DNA from: a virus
Direction: 5' to 3' (one strand)
Virus record (IMG/VR): IMGVR_UViG_3300032213_001373
Location: 1 to 64,000 of that record
DNA length: 64,000 nucleotides
In this document: in pieces, positions 25,672 to 34,368 of the stretch
Position numbering within the stretch: position 1 is the first letter of the stretch
Layout of the letters: every line of letters starts with the position of its first letter
Program-made: the position numbers and the translations under genes
Notes under the pieces: generated by a model
The model's input: the letters and a program-made list of their open reading frames with translations, nothing else
Database searches by the model: none
Told to the model about the DNA's origin: nothing

Positions 25672-26626
25672 CACAGAAGAGTTAGTAACTTCTGTGCCTT
25701 TCTTAGTTGGGTATGAACCAAAAGAATCTATTGTTGTCATCGCGTTTAAAGATGACAAAGTAGAATCTGCAATGCGTGTGGATTATCCTGAAGAAAGTAA
25801 TTTTGATGGATACATGCGTATTGCAAAGATGATTATGGCACAGGGAGTTCAAGATGTTGCCATAGTTAGTTACCTACCAGACCATATAGAAAACCCTGAG
25901 TCTGTTGTAGATCTACAGATTACGTTTAGCCATTATAAAATCAACGTTGTAGATTCTATAGTTGTATTCACCGGTAGATATGTGTCGCTGTTTGAAGAAG
26001 GTAGTCCTCCTAATGGATACCCAATGCCTGACATCAAAGAATCTAAACTTGCGCTTGAGACAGTATTGGAGGGCACACCTTTGCCGTTCAATAGTCTTGA
26101 CTCTCTAAGAGCATCTTTAACTATCTATGATGAGATTCCAGAACTATTACAACATATCTCAAATGTCGCTGTAGTAGAGGATGACGAAGGTCGTAGGCTT
26201 GGAGCCAAAACCTTTGACAAACTATTATCAGAGTTCTCTAAGGGTGGTAAATCTTTAGACTACAAAGAGGTAGCGGTATTACTCGTGTCTCTCAAAGATG
26301 TAACAGTTCGTGATTATCTATTAGGAAGCATTACCGAAGAAAATATAGATGACATCGAAAGTCTTTGGCGTTGGCTATTGTTAGTAGCGCCTGAAGGATA
26401 CAGAGCATCTATTGCATGCTTGAATGCGGCACTTGCGTATGAACGAGGTGGCGGTGCTCAAGCCCATGTCTTCCTTGACATTGCCTTCAAAGAGGACAAT
26501 GATTACTCACTAGCAGTACTCTTGAAGAGAGCTCTCAGCGCAGGCTGGCCTCCTGAGAGTTTTGCCACAATGCGTAAAGAGTTGCATCCAAAAGTGTATG
26601 CAGCTTTATTTGAATCAACAAAGTAA
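25655..26626 (+). CDS. DUF4192-family protein
   Basis: VPFLVGYEP.ES.V, MRVD, VRD.LL, AYERG.GA.A, YSLA.LL...L.AGWPP. Confidence 0.8.
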   Translation: MPAISNTEELVTSVPFLVGYEPKESIVVIAFKDDKVESAMRVDYPEESNFDGYMRIAKMIMAQGVQDVAIVSYLPDHIENPESVVDLQITFSHYKINVVDSIVVFTGRYVSLFEEGSPPNGYPMPDIKESKLALETVLEGTPLPFNSLDSLRASLTIYDEIPELLQHISNVAVVEDDEGRRLGAKTFDKLLSEFSKGGKSLDYKEVAVLLVSLKDVTVRDYLLGSITEENIDDIESLWRWLLLVAPEGYRASIACLNAALAYERGGGAQAHVFLDIAFKEDNDYSLAVLLKRALSAGWPPESFATMRKELHPKVYAALFESTK

Positions 26627-26641
26627 AGAGAAGGAATACAA

Positions 26642-27289
26642 ATGCCAAATTGGTGTACTAACACACTCGTGATCCAAGGTGATCCCGAAGAAATGGAACA
26701 ACTAGTTCGTATAGTGGAAGGGGACTCACACCCTTTTTCACTTAATAGTGTAATCAAGATGCCACAGGAACTCAAAGATCAAAGCTCACCTGTACGTGAT
26801 GAGGTTGTAGGTAAATCAAACCTAGAAAAGTATGGTGCTAAAGATTGGTACGACTGGGCAATAACTAACTGGGATACTAAATGGGATGTAGATGCTCGGA
26901 TTGTTTCCGATATAACAAGCCCAATGCTTCCGGGATTACGAACGATAACATACGAGTTTGACTCAGCATGGAATCCACCGCTTAAGGTGTACGACGTGTT
27001 AGCTGCTCGCTTCCCCAACACAAACATCTACACCTGCTGGGACGAACCTGGCTGTGACTTTAGTGGCTACCGTATGTATCGAAACGGTGAGCTTGTAAAA
27101 CAAGTAGATGAAGAGCCGTCATACTCTAATAGACAACTCAACTACAACCCAACTGAAGAAATCTTCGATTACTTTCCTAGTGAAGGAGAGGTAGAGAAGC
27201 TACGCAAACAAGCAGAGGAAAGGAGAATGGCTGATCTCAATGTAAAAACAGCATTACTCAACATGCAAAACCTAATCAACAACTTATAG
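26642..27289 (+). CDS. DUF1281 / YubB ferredoxin-like domain protein
   Basis: MPNWCxN.L, WYDW...NW.TKW, FDSAW.PP, DEPG. Confidence 0.8.
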   Translation: MPNWCTNTLVIQGDPEEMEQLVRIVEGDSHPFSLNSVIKMPQELKDQSSPVRDEVVGKSNLEKYGAKDWYDWAITNWDTKWDVDARIVSDITSPMLPGLRTITYEFDSAWNPPLKVYDVLAARFPNTNIYTCWDEPGCDFSGYRMYRNGELVKQVDEEPSYSNRQLNYNPTEEIFDYFPSEGEVEKLRKQAEERRMADLNVKTALLNMQNLINNL

Positions 27290-27299
27290 AGAGGGAAGT

Positions 27300-27551
27300 A
27301 TGGACAACATGCATTACCGTCTCACCCTTCAGTTTGATATATCCATTGCAAAGTGGCGTATTGATGACCCCAGGGTTGCGGAGAACGCGGAGTGGTCTTT
27401 ATCTGTGTATGACCGTAACAAAGGTGAATGGGTAAATATCAGGGACTTGAACAGACCAGGAGAGTTTGCTCATATATCTCGCATCTCGCTTATGAATGAT
27501 GAGACCCCCGGTCGCACTCCGGAGGACCCCACCGACGATGTGAGCTCGTAG
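27300..27551 (+). CDS. Hypothetical protein
   Basis: 83 aa, GAGGG RBS. Confidence 0.65.
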   Translation: MDNMHYRLTLQFDISIAKWRIDDPRVAENAEWSLSVYDRNKGEWVNIRDLNRPGEFAHISRISLMNDETPGRTPEDPTDDVSS

Positions 27552-27625
27552 TCTAAGGAGCTTACATCTATAGTATAGGCGAACAAACTATGATCAAAAA
27601 CTGAACGATAAGATAGGAGGAGACT

Positions 27626-27868
27626 ATGCAGATGGCATCAGTCAAAGTAAGAGATAAACATATAAAAAAGCTAGTATCAGCATTAGAGTCTGCTGGGCTA
27701 GAAGTATCTGTAACCAAGGGTAAGCAGCACATACGTGTGCGTAATCCCGAGACCGGCAAGGTGGTATTCTTTGGGGGCAATTCCCTCGGGGATTGGAGAG
27801 CGGCTAAAAATATTATCCGTGACCTCAAGATTGTCGGGTTTGATTCAACCGGTATAAAGTTAGGATAA
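27626..27868 (+). CDS. HicA-like toxin-fold protein
   Basis: L..AG..V..TKG..H......G..V....S..D.RA.KN...DL...G; AGGAGG RBS. Confidence 0.7.
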   Translation: MQMASVKVRDKHIKKLVSALESAGLEVSVTKGKQHIRVRNPETGKVVFFGGNSLGDWRAAKNIIRDLKIVGFDSTGIKLG

Positions 27869-27877
27869 ACTAAGCAC

Positions 27878-28159
27878 ATGGCTAAAAAAATCAATAAAAC
27901 TATTAAAGTAGCTTTGCGTAAGAACATCAATAAAGGTGGCGCATGGCTATGCGAAGTAATCGTCAATAATGAAGCAGGCGATACTGAAGTTGCAAATATT
28001 ACAGCGTGGGCAAATGCCTCTGCTGCAAAGCGTCACATCAAGGCGACCGTTATTGAACTTACCCCTCGTAAGAGCATCAAGCTGACACCGGGTAACTTTG
28101 ATGATAAAGAGAAGCCAACATTCTTTAGTGGCGCTATGACCTATAAGGTAGATGCATAA
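27878..28159 (+). CDS. Basic hypothetical protein
   Basis: 93 aa; AW.NASAAKR. Confidence 0.75.
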   Translation: MAKKINKTIKVALRKNINKGGAWLCEVIVNNEAGDTEVANITAWANASAAKRHIKATVIELTPRKSIKLTPGNFDDKEKPTFFSGAMTYKVDA

Positions 28160-28287
28160 TGGACTATGAAACTGTACTTCCTATCATTAGCAGACCAGAA
28201 AAAACTGTTAATGATGTTATGAAAGAAATCCAAGAAAGTAATGAACCCTGTGGCTGTGGACATTGCAGCTGTGGAGGCAATGTTTAG
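28159..28287 (+). CDS. 42-aa Cys-tailed microprotein
   Basis: Hand-read ...EPCGCGHCSCGGNV; coupled TAATG. Confidence 0.55.
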   Translation: MDYETVLPIISRPEKTVNDVMKEIQESNEPCGCGHCSCGGNV

Positions 28288-28310
28288 ACCGCATAGTGCT
28301 ATACAAGCAA

Positions 28311-28345
28311 ATGGCCCCCGTTCCTCAATTTGAGGCGGGGGCCAA
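28311..28345. terminator. Hairpin between convergent transcription units
   Basis: TGGCCCCCG..CCTCAA / TTGAGG.CGGGGGCCA. Confidence 0.65.
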
Positions 28346-28364
28346 ATGTTTGTGTTGGGCGATT

Positions 28365-28496
28365 TTAGGCCTCGTTTTCGAAGTCCTCTAGCAATAAATC
28401 TTCCAACTCATCAATATCTTCCTCATCGAAATCCAAGTCTTCGAATTCTTCATCGTCGAACTCTTCATCGAATAGGTCTGGATCGAGGTCTTCCAT
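28365..28496 (-). CDS. 43-aa hyperacidic microprotein
   Basis: AGGAG RBS; MEDLDPDLFDEEFDDEEFEDLDFDEEDIDELEDLLLEDFENEA. Confidence 0.7.
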   Translation of the reverse strand: MEDLDPDLFDEEFDDEEFEDLDFDEEDIDELEDLLLEDFENEA

Positions 28497-28534
28497 GGTA
28501 TCTCCTGTACTAGTAGTGATTAAATGCTACACCA

Positions 28535-30568
28535 TTAACTATTATCTTTGATCAACTTAACCTCGCAGGCATCGGTAGTGCAGTAAGACTCACCGATCGC
28601 ATCCGCCGCCATTCCGGCATACACCCCACTGAAATCAATAGGGAATAAGGTCATAGTTGCCTGCTCATACTCTTCTTCTGTAATCTGAGTGTACGGCATC
28701 TGTGGATATACAGTGTTACCTGATGGTAAGAATGAGACTGTCTTCAGCTGGCCGTCGTACATGTGTAGGACCGTACCAATGTGCTTAGCCTCTGTCTCTG
28801 GATCAAAGCTTATAGTTACTGAAACAGAGTTGTCTGACCAATACCGCTGTGCTGTAGCTGCGAGCGCCATCTTCTCGTAGATAGTTACATCCTTTTCAGA
28901 ACGCACCGCTCCGGACTTTACCGGGAAGAACACGACTGACGTTGTGTCTGGAGATTCACTCGCAGGCTCAACTCGGTACATTGCCATCTTAAATAGAGGA
29001 AGCATAGGGTCACTATTAGCAAAGCGAATTGCTCTAAGGAAATACTTACCTCCAACAGGCCAATGCACTCCAGGTGATTCACCGGCTAGAATTGAAACAG
29101 TTCCAGAAGGCTTGACGGTCGTCATCTTGATAGATTCACGAATACCCAACCACTCTGAGTATGATTGATCATAGTTCTTGATAACTTCGTATCCCGCATC
29201 CATCCAAGCTCTGAGCTCCGGTAGTCCCTTGTTGTCAGCAAAGTTGGCAACTCCGCTAATAGATGTTCCAATACGACGGTTACGCTGCATGATGGCGTTT
29301 GTCTCCTCCCAGTGTGTTGGGAGTAGTGTCACAGTCTTGGCATAGAGATATGCAAACTTCAGAGTTCTCTTAAAATCATCCAGGCTGTCGTGACGATTAA
29401 GGTAAGTCTCAACCAAAGTACAGCACTCAAAGGATTCCAAAGACTGCTCGGCACAAGGGTTATATCCCTGCGCTCTCCAATCCTTATTGTTAATTGGGTC
29501 AGCCAAACGTCCGTACTTACGAGTAACGTCCATCCAAATCACGCCTGGCTCACCGTTGCGAGCAATACCATCAATGATGGGAGATAGGTCTTGCCCTACC
29601 TCTACAGATACGGAGTTGTTTGACATCCAAGCCCAACCCGGATTCTTTGGATCGTATGAGTTGCGGTCTGGGAACGCCTCGGCATTCTTTAAGTTCAGAA
29701 AGTCTGCGTCATCAATACGGCCAATTAGAAGCTCTGCACTGCGGCGAACGTTGCCACTAACAACGCACACACCAATGAGATTACCAATATCAGCGATATC
29801 CCTGCGATTAAGTTTTTCATTTACACGCCCCTTAAATATACGACGAATGTGGTTATGGAGTTTTTCTAGTGGTTCGTGTCCTGCTGCGGTTCCACCAAAC
29901 GTTTTGATAGGAGTGCCTGCTGGACGGATTTCTTTGTAATCAAATACTGGAGCCTTGCAATCTGGCTTGAGGAAGGAATTGATGAGGAGCGTGACTGACT
30001 CGACCCAACCTTCGCGGGTATCTGGGATGACAATCGGGTCGGTATCTGGTTGTGGCTCATAGATAGTGAAGTCCTTGTCTGCGCCCTTGTCGTCGAAACC
30101 AACACCTACACCGAGCATAGATGCTTCCATTAGAAAAGCAAAAGGCTTGGCTGGGTTAATCTTGGTCATAGATTCTGTAGATACGAAAGCACAGTTCTGA
30201 AGTGCTGCTGAGTTCCTATCAACATTAACAATAGGAGTTCCCATTACCCATAGACCTCGTCCTGGTGGAGTCCACTTCAGATTCCAAAGTCGATCATAGG
30301 CTTCCTTGGCAGAAGACTGTGCCTTGGCATCGTTCCACGGAAGGCGGTTAGTCTTGGCATGGTCTTTCTGTAAAGAGTACATACCGTTGATGACTCGCTC
30401 ACAAACCTCTGTCCAAGTCTCCTTGGTTCCGTCAGCCTTGAGTCGGGAGTAAGTACGAAGGAAGGTAATCTCCCCTACCGAATTACCGGCAGCGTCCTTA
30501 TATCCCCAAGGGACTGGCTTGTCCTTATATGAGTTAACGAAGTCTTCTGTTAGTTTAAATGAAAACAA
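28535..30568 (-). CDS. nrdJ: Ribonucleotide reductase class II (adenosylcobalamin-dependent)
   Basis: RTYSR, PPGRGLW, LQNC, GNVRRSA, NPCAEQ, TTVKPSGTVS, C-terminal CTTDAC. Confidence 0.95.
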   Translation of the reverse strand: MFSFKLTEDFVNSYKDKPVPWGYKDAAGNSVGEITFLRTYSRLKADGTKETWTEVCERVINGMYSLQKDHAKTNRLPWNDAKAQSSAKEAYDRLWNLKWTPPGRGLWVMGTPIVNVDRNSAALQNCAFVSTESMTKINPAKPFAFLMEASMLGVGVGFDDKGADKDFTIYEPQPDTDPIVIPDTREGWVESVTLLINSFLKPDCKAPVFDYKEIRPAGTPIKTFGGTAAGHEPLEKLHNHIRRIFKGRVNEKLNRRDIADIGNLIGVCVVSGNVRRSAELLIGRIDDADFLNLKNAEAFPDRNSYDPKNPGWAWMSNNSVSVEVGQDLSPIIDGIARNGEPGVIWMDVTRKYGRLADPINNKDWRAQGYNPCAEQSLESFECCTLVETYLNRHDSLDDFKRTLKFAYLYAKTVTLLPTHWEETNAIMQRNRRIGTSISGVANFADNKGLPELRAWMDAGYEVIKNYDQSYSEWLGIRESIKMTTVKPSGTVSILAGESPGVHWPVGGKYFLRAIRFANSDPMLPLFKMAMYRVEPASESPDTTSVVFFPVKSGAVRSEKDVTIYEKMALAATAQRYWSDNSVSVTISFDPETEAKHIGTVLHMYDGQLKTVSFLPSGNTVYPQMPYTQITEEEYEQATMTLFPIDFSGVYAGMAADAIGESYCTTDACEVKLIKDNS

Positions 30569-30580
30569 AGCCGTGCCCTT

Positions 30581-32080
30581 CTAGTCTAGGTTGTCTGAGA
30601 TTATTCTACTCGTCTCTTCCTCATTCAAACCACCGTTTGGTAGTTCCTTGAGGGTGTTAGCTCGGTCACCAAAAAGGGCCGACATAACTCCGCCAGATGT
30701 CTGGCGCTCTACGGTCATTCTAACGAATTCTCTGTTGTCTTCCAACTCTTTGAGTTGTTTTACAATCTTAAAGAGTCGGTCAATCTCTTGTCCGGTGTTG
30801 GGATCTGGATAACCGCCGTTGAGTTCTTCTGCAAAACGAGCGAAGGCAACTCTAGCACCTTGCATCTCGATTATGGCATTGAGCAACCCCTTAAGTTGGT
30901 CTTTAGTCTTGACCTCTACTGGAAGGTTAAATGCACAAGTGTTATCAGGTTTAAAAGCAGGGCAATTTGCAGCAACGAAACATGTATTACATTGGCGCAA
31001 AGAAGAGTGGTTAGTTCCAAGTACAGAAACGTCTCTTATCAGGTCTTTACCGGACTCATCTTTATCAATAACAGTCTTCGTAGTTACTGAAAATACGGGT
31101 AAATTCATAGTTTCTGATGGGTCTCGTGTAACTATTCTGTTAGTTGAAACATCGGATTCTTTCCGCACTTCTAGGGTGCTGTTATCAGGATCCACACCCA
31201 GTGTTTCCGCAGAACCGGGACCATTACTATCGTCACTGTTATCAGATAACAGTCTCAAGTGAGGGGGCTTTTTCTTATCCAAGGATTCCTCCAGCTGCAG
31301 GTAGCTCCAAATAGCGAGGCGAGTTACCTCGTTACTATCATCATTAATAATCTTGTCGAAGTCTAGTCCAGCCCGCTCTATGATTGCCTTATAACGGGGA
31401 CGAGCCTGGTCTTTTTGCTTCTTCTGGTACCGCACTAGTTTAGTGCCATCCCAGACTATAGTTTCACCACGCATCATAGGAGAGAGCCACGACAAGGTGC
31501 TAGCAGTCTCCAGGGGAACCTGACGTAGGTTGTCTGGCTTGGCGCAACCAAGACCGTGAAAGGCAGTCCCAAACTGGCTCTGTAGAGCCCGTGTGCGCCC
31601 CGCTAAGGTCGTATCGGACTCTATGGCATCTCCGAGTAAGGCTACGTTTGCCCAGTTCTCAGCCAACGCAAAAAGGGCTGTATGCCCCATCTCCGGCTTC
31701 CATACTGGCCAGTATTTATCCTGTAGTTCAAACCCCAAAGTCTTGCGTTGTTCCGCAATCCATTCAGATCCTAGGACTTGTGAGTCAAACTCAATCACCC
31801 CAGCTATATGATCATAGTTATTGGCTATGAAGTCCTCAAAGGATGCGGCGTAGTCTTCCAGCTCACGGGTGCTCAAGCCAGCTGCATCAGCGTGCCGGCC
31901 GCCGCCATCGATATAAACCTTAACATCATCAGGGTACTTCTCTGATAATAGATAGTTCTTGGTTTTGGGAAGGCCGCGTTTAGCTAGGCCCCAGTAGCTG
32001 AGACCTATGTGCTTTACGTTATTATCTAAAAGGAGAAGGCGATGAGAGGGGACCTCGCCCCCCATAAATACCAGGTTCAT
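30581..32080 (-). CDS. TGT/DpdA-like TIM-barrel protein (degenerate) with C-terminal 4-Cys domain
   Basis: LSY, VYIDGGG (cf. LDSGA), EFD, PVW, FHGLG, PLETASTLSW (cf. PxxSVDSxSW); CNTC-x4-CP-x7-C. Confidence 0.55.
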   Translation of the reverse strand: MNLVFMGGEVPSHRLLLLDNNVKHIGLSYWGLAKRGLPKTKNYLLSEKYPDDVKVYIDGGGRHADAAGLSTRELEDYAASFEDFIANNYDHIAGVIEFDSQVLGSEWIAEQRKTLGFELQDKYWPVWKPEMGHTALFALAENWANVALLGDAIESDTTLAGRTRALQSQFGTAFHGLGCAKPDNLRQVPLETASTLSWLSPMMRGETIVWDGTKLVRYQKKQKDQARPRYKAIIERAGLDFDKIINDDSNEVTRLAIWSYLQLEESLDKKKPPHLRLLSDNSDDSNGPGSAETLGVDPDNSTLEVRKESDVSTNRIVTRDPSETMNLPVFSVTTKTVIDKDESGKDLIRDVSVLGTNHSSLRQCNTCFVAANCPAFKPDNTCAFNLPVEVKTKDQLKGLLNAIIEMQGARVAFARFAEELNGGYPDPNTGQEIDRLFKIVKQLKELEDNREFVRMTVERQTSGGVMSALFGDRANTLKELPNGGLNEEETSRIISDNLD

Positions 32081-32541
32081 TCAAATCTCTTAACATTGCT
32101 GCCGAGTTCTGCCTCAAGCATGGCTAAGCGTTGGCGCTCCACCTCTTCTCGCAGCTCTTCCCATGGCTTTATCTGGCGGCTGGTACGTATAAATCTAGGG
32201 GATGCAAACATCAATGTAGGTACATTGTTAGCCAACGCCATGGCACAACGGTCAGCGTCTGGATCAACGAACAGCTCGACTCGACCTTTAGATTTAGCTA
32301 CAGCTAGCTGGCGGGCACGCAAGTCTTGGCCCTCGAAGAAGTATCTATCATCATAGATATCTCCGTAGCCAACAATTAGGTTGGACCTCAACCAGTGATC
32401 TGTGTGCTCTATTGACATATCCGAGGCGATTATGACCCTGTAATGTTCAGCCAATATGCGGTAAAGCATTATGCCTTCTGGTATTGGATCGCCTGTTTCT
32501 GTTTTTAGTACACCTTCTAATGCAACGAATGCTGTTTTCAT
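32077..32541 (-). CDS. HAD-like fold protein (motif I degenerate)
   Basis: FVALEGVL, G..LY..L, WL, LFVD.D. Confidence 0.55.
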   Translation of the reverse strand: MKTAFVALEGVLKTETGDPIPEGIMLYRILAEHYRVIIASDMSIEHTDHWLRSNLIVGYGDIYDDRYFFEGQDLRARQLAVAKSKGRVELFVDPDADRCAMALANNVPTLMFASPRFIRTSRQIKPWEELREEVERQRLAMLEAELGSNVKRFE

Positions 32542-33471
32542 TTATCCTCTAAGCGATCTCCGAATTAATGTACTAGTGTCTGGTAGCTCTACGCCGTATG
32601 TCTGAAGCTGGCTTGCAGATTCAGCCGCGTCTTTCTGATCTTTAATAGTTTTTAAAGCTTGAATAACTCCGGTCTTCTTACCGGCTTGCCAACGATAGTT
32701 GTTATAGTCAGAATATCCTGCACCAATACGACTAAACGCAATCTTACGTCCGTGATGGATGTCTTCATAGAAAGCACTAGCCTGTTCTGCAGCATGTTTG
32801 ATCTTTGATTCAGCATTAACACGGTGAGCAGGGTTTGTAGCCGCCCGAGCTTCTTGTAAAGCTGAGGAATATCTACCAACTAGTTCCGAACCCATTTCAT
32901 AATCTCTGTTTGCTTTTTGTTCCCAAATAGAGTTCTTAGGAGGGTGCGGCGTTTTATCAGGTCGAACCGTCCAATCATCTAAAGTAAGATCATAGGCAGC
33001 GTAAGGATTAATATCTCGTATGTCTGATTGTTCATTGACATAGAATGTAAGTTCATAGCCGTTCCAGTTAGCAGTCTTTGGCATTAATTGCTCATGAAAA
33101 CCCTCATTGATTGTCTTTGCAATCTCAGCATCGGAATACCCGACATAGCTCTGATTAGATTCACGAAACTTTACATAGTTTATTCCTACCAAGCAATCTA
33201 AATCGCCAGGCTGACGTGAAGCTTCCCACTGGTATGAAACACCAGAGCCTGCTAACCAGGCCCTGGTCCAAGTATGAGCATTAGAGAACTTACTATCTAA
33301 ATAGTTAAATAACAAAGTAAGGATAGGTTCTCTAATGGATACCTTCAGGCGCTCTTCAGGATCAAAGAGTTTTTGGTCTAGGTCCATAGATGGCGCACTG
33401 AAATAGGATGTGGATGCCGGTGAAATCGCAGGGATATCCCCGCTCTTGGCTACAGCATCTACAAAGTTCAT
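32542..33471 (-). CDS. Nucleotidyltransferase (Pol-beta superfamily)
   Basis: LAGS...Y.W...GDLDCL, YELTFYV, YDL..D.W. Confidence 0.75.
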   Translation of the reverse strand: MNFVDAVAKSGDIPAISPASTSYFSAPSMDLDQKLFDPEERLKVSIREPILTLLFNYLDSKFSNAHTWTRAWLAGSGVSYQWEASRQPGDLDCLVGINYVKFRESNQSYVGYSDAEIAKTINEGFHEQLMPKTANWNGYELTFYVNEQSDIRDINPYAAYDLTLDDWTVRPDKTPHPPKNSIWEQKANRDYEMGSELVGRYSSALQEARAATNPAHRVNAESKIKHAAEQASAFYEDIHHGRKIAFSRIGAGYSDYNNYRWQAGKKTGVIQALKTIKDQKDAAESASQLQTYGVELPDTSTLIRRSLRG

Positions 33472-33510
33472 AGCCCTATTCTTTCACTTGTTTTGTCGGT
33501 ACGTCAGGGT

Positions 33511-33768
33511 TTACTTAGATTCTTCAGCTCTGTCAGCAGCCTGCATACGGAGCACGGTGTACTCAGCTGCTGCTTGGGCTTGAAGATCCATAAGAATCTC
33601 TGAACATAGACGACGAACCTCTACAAGAGTGGCCTCACGCTCTACCGGCACGGAAAACACCTTGGTGTTACGTTCTACGAACATATTACCGTCGGCATCT
33701 ACCAATACAGCGAAACCTGTTTTTGGCTTTGGTTTTTCTTCTGTTACTGTGTCTTTTTCTTTTGACAT
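33511..33768 (-). CDS. Hypothetical protein
   Basis: 85 aa, AGGAG RBS. Confidence 0.75.
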   Translation of the reverse strand: MSKEKDTVTEEKPKPKTGFAVLVDADGNMFVERNTKVFSVPVEREATLVEVRRLCSEILMDLQAQAAAEYTVLRMQAADRAEESK

Positions 33769-33777
33769 GTGTTGCTC

Positions 33778-34359
33778 CTATTCGTATAGTTTTGCAGCTT
33801 GACGCTGCTTTGTTACATAATGTGTTTTTACTGGACAAAAATCGCAAAGATATACGTTTGTGCTAGCTGATTTAGCGGCCGACTCCAAACCAACTTCTTT
33901 ACGCAAATCATCAGTTCCCTTAGGAATTAAACGTTTGTTCTTTGCACGCCAATCTCCGCAGTCTTCCTTAGGACGTAAATGCTCAGAATAACATTTCATA
34001 GCGTCTTCAAAGAAAGTTGCTTTGGTTATGTAATAGTCTGGGTCGATATCTGCAAGTCCGCCACCGACACGGTTGCGAAGGTTCTCAATAACTTGCTTAC
34101 GCACCTCTGGACGTTCATACGTTTTTGCGCCAATCTTTGCAAGAAACCCTGTGTGCGGAATTCCAGCAGATTCGTGCTTCTCTACAAGAATCTGAAGGAG
34201 AGTGTCATCATCTGGGTTACCTTCGAAGTCTGGTAACTCTTCAATTGTTTTACAATTATAACAATAGAGAAGACGGATCTTAGGACCCTCGTCTTTAATC
34301 TCTGTGTATGTACCTTGATCGGCAGGAGTGTTTCCCTGTCCAAGGATTGGTATCGACAT
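33778..34359 (-). CDS. Hypothetical protein with Cys motifs
   Basis: CYNC, C..H, LCDFCP. Confidence 0.8.
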   Translation of the reverse strand: MSIPILGQGNTPADQGTYTEIKDEGPKIRLLYCYNCKTIEELPDFEGNPDDDTLLQILVEKHESAGIPHTGFLAKIGAKTYERPEVRKQVIENLRNRVGGGLADIDPDYYITKATFFEDAMKCYSEHLRPKEDCGDWRAKNKRLIPKGTDDLRKEVGLESAAKSASTNVYLCDFCPVKTHYVTKQRQAAKLYE

Positions 34360-34368
34360 GTGTGCTCC

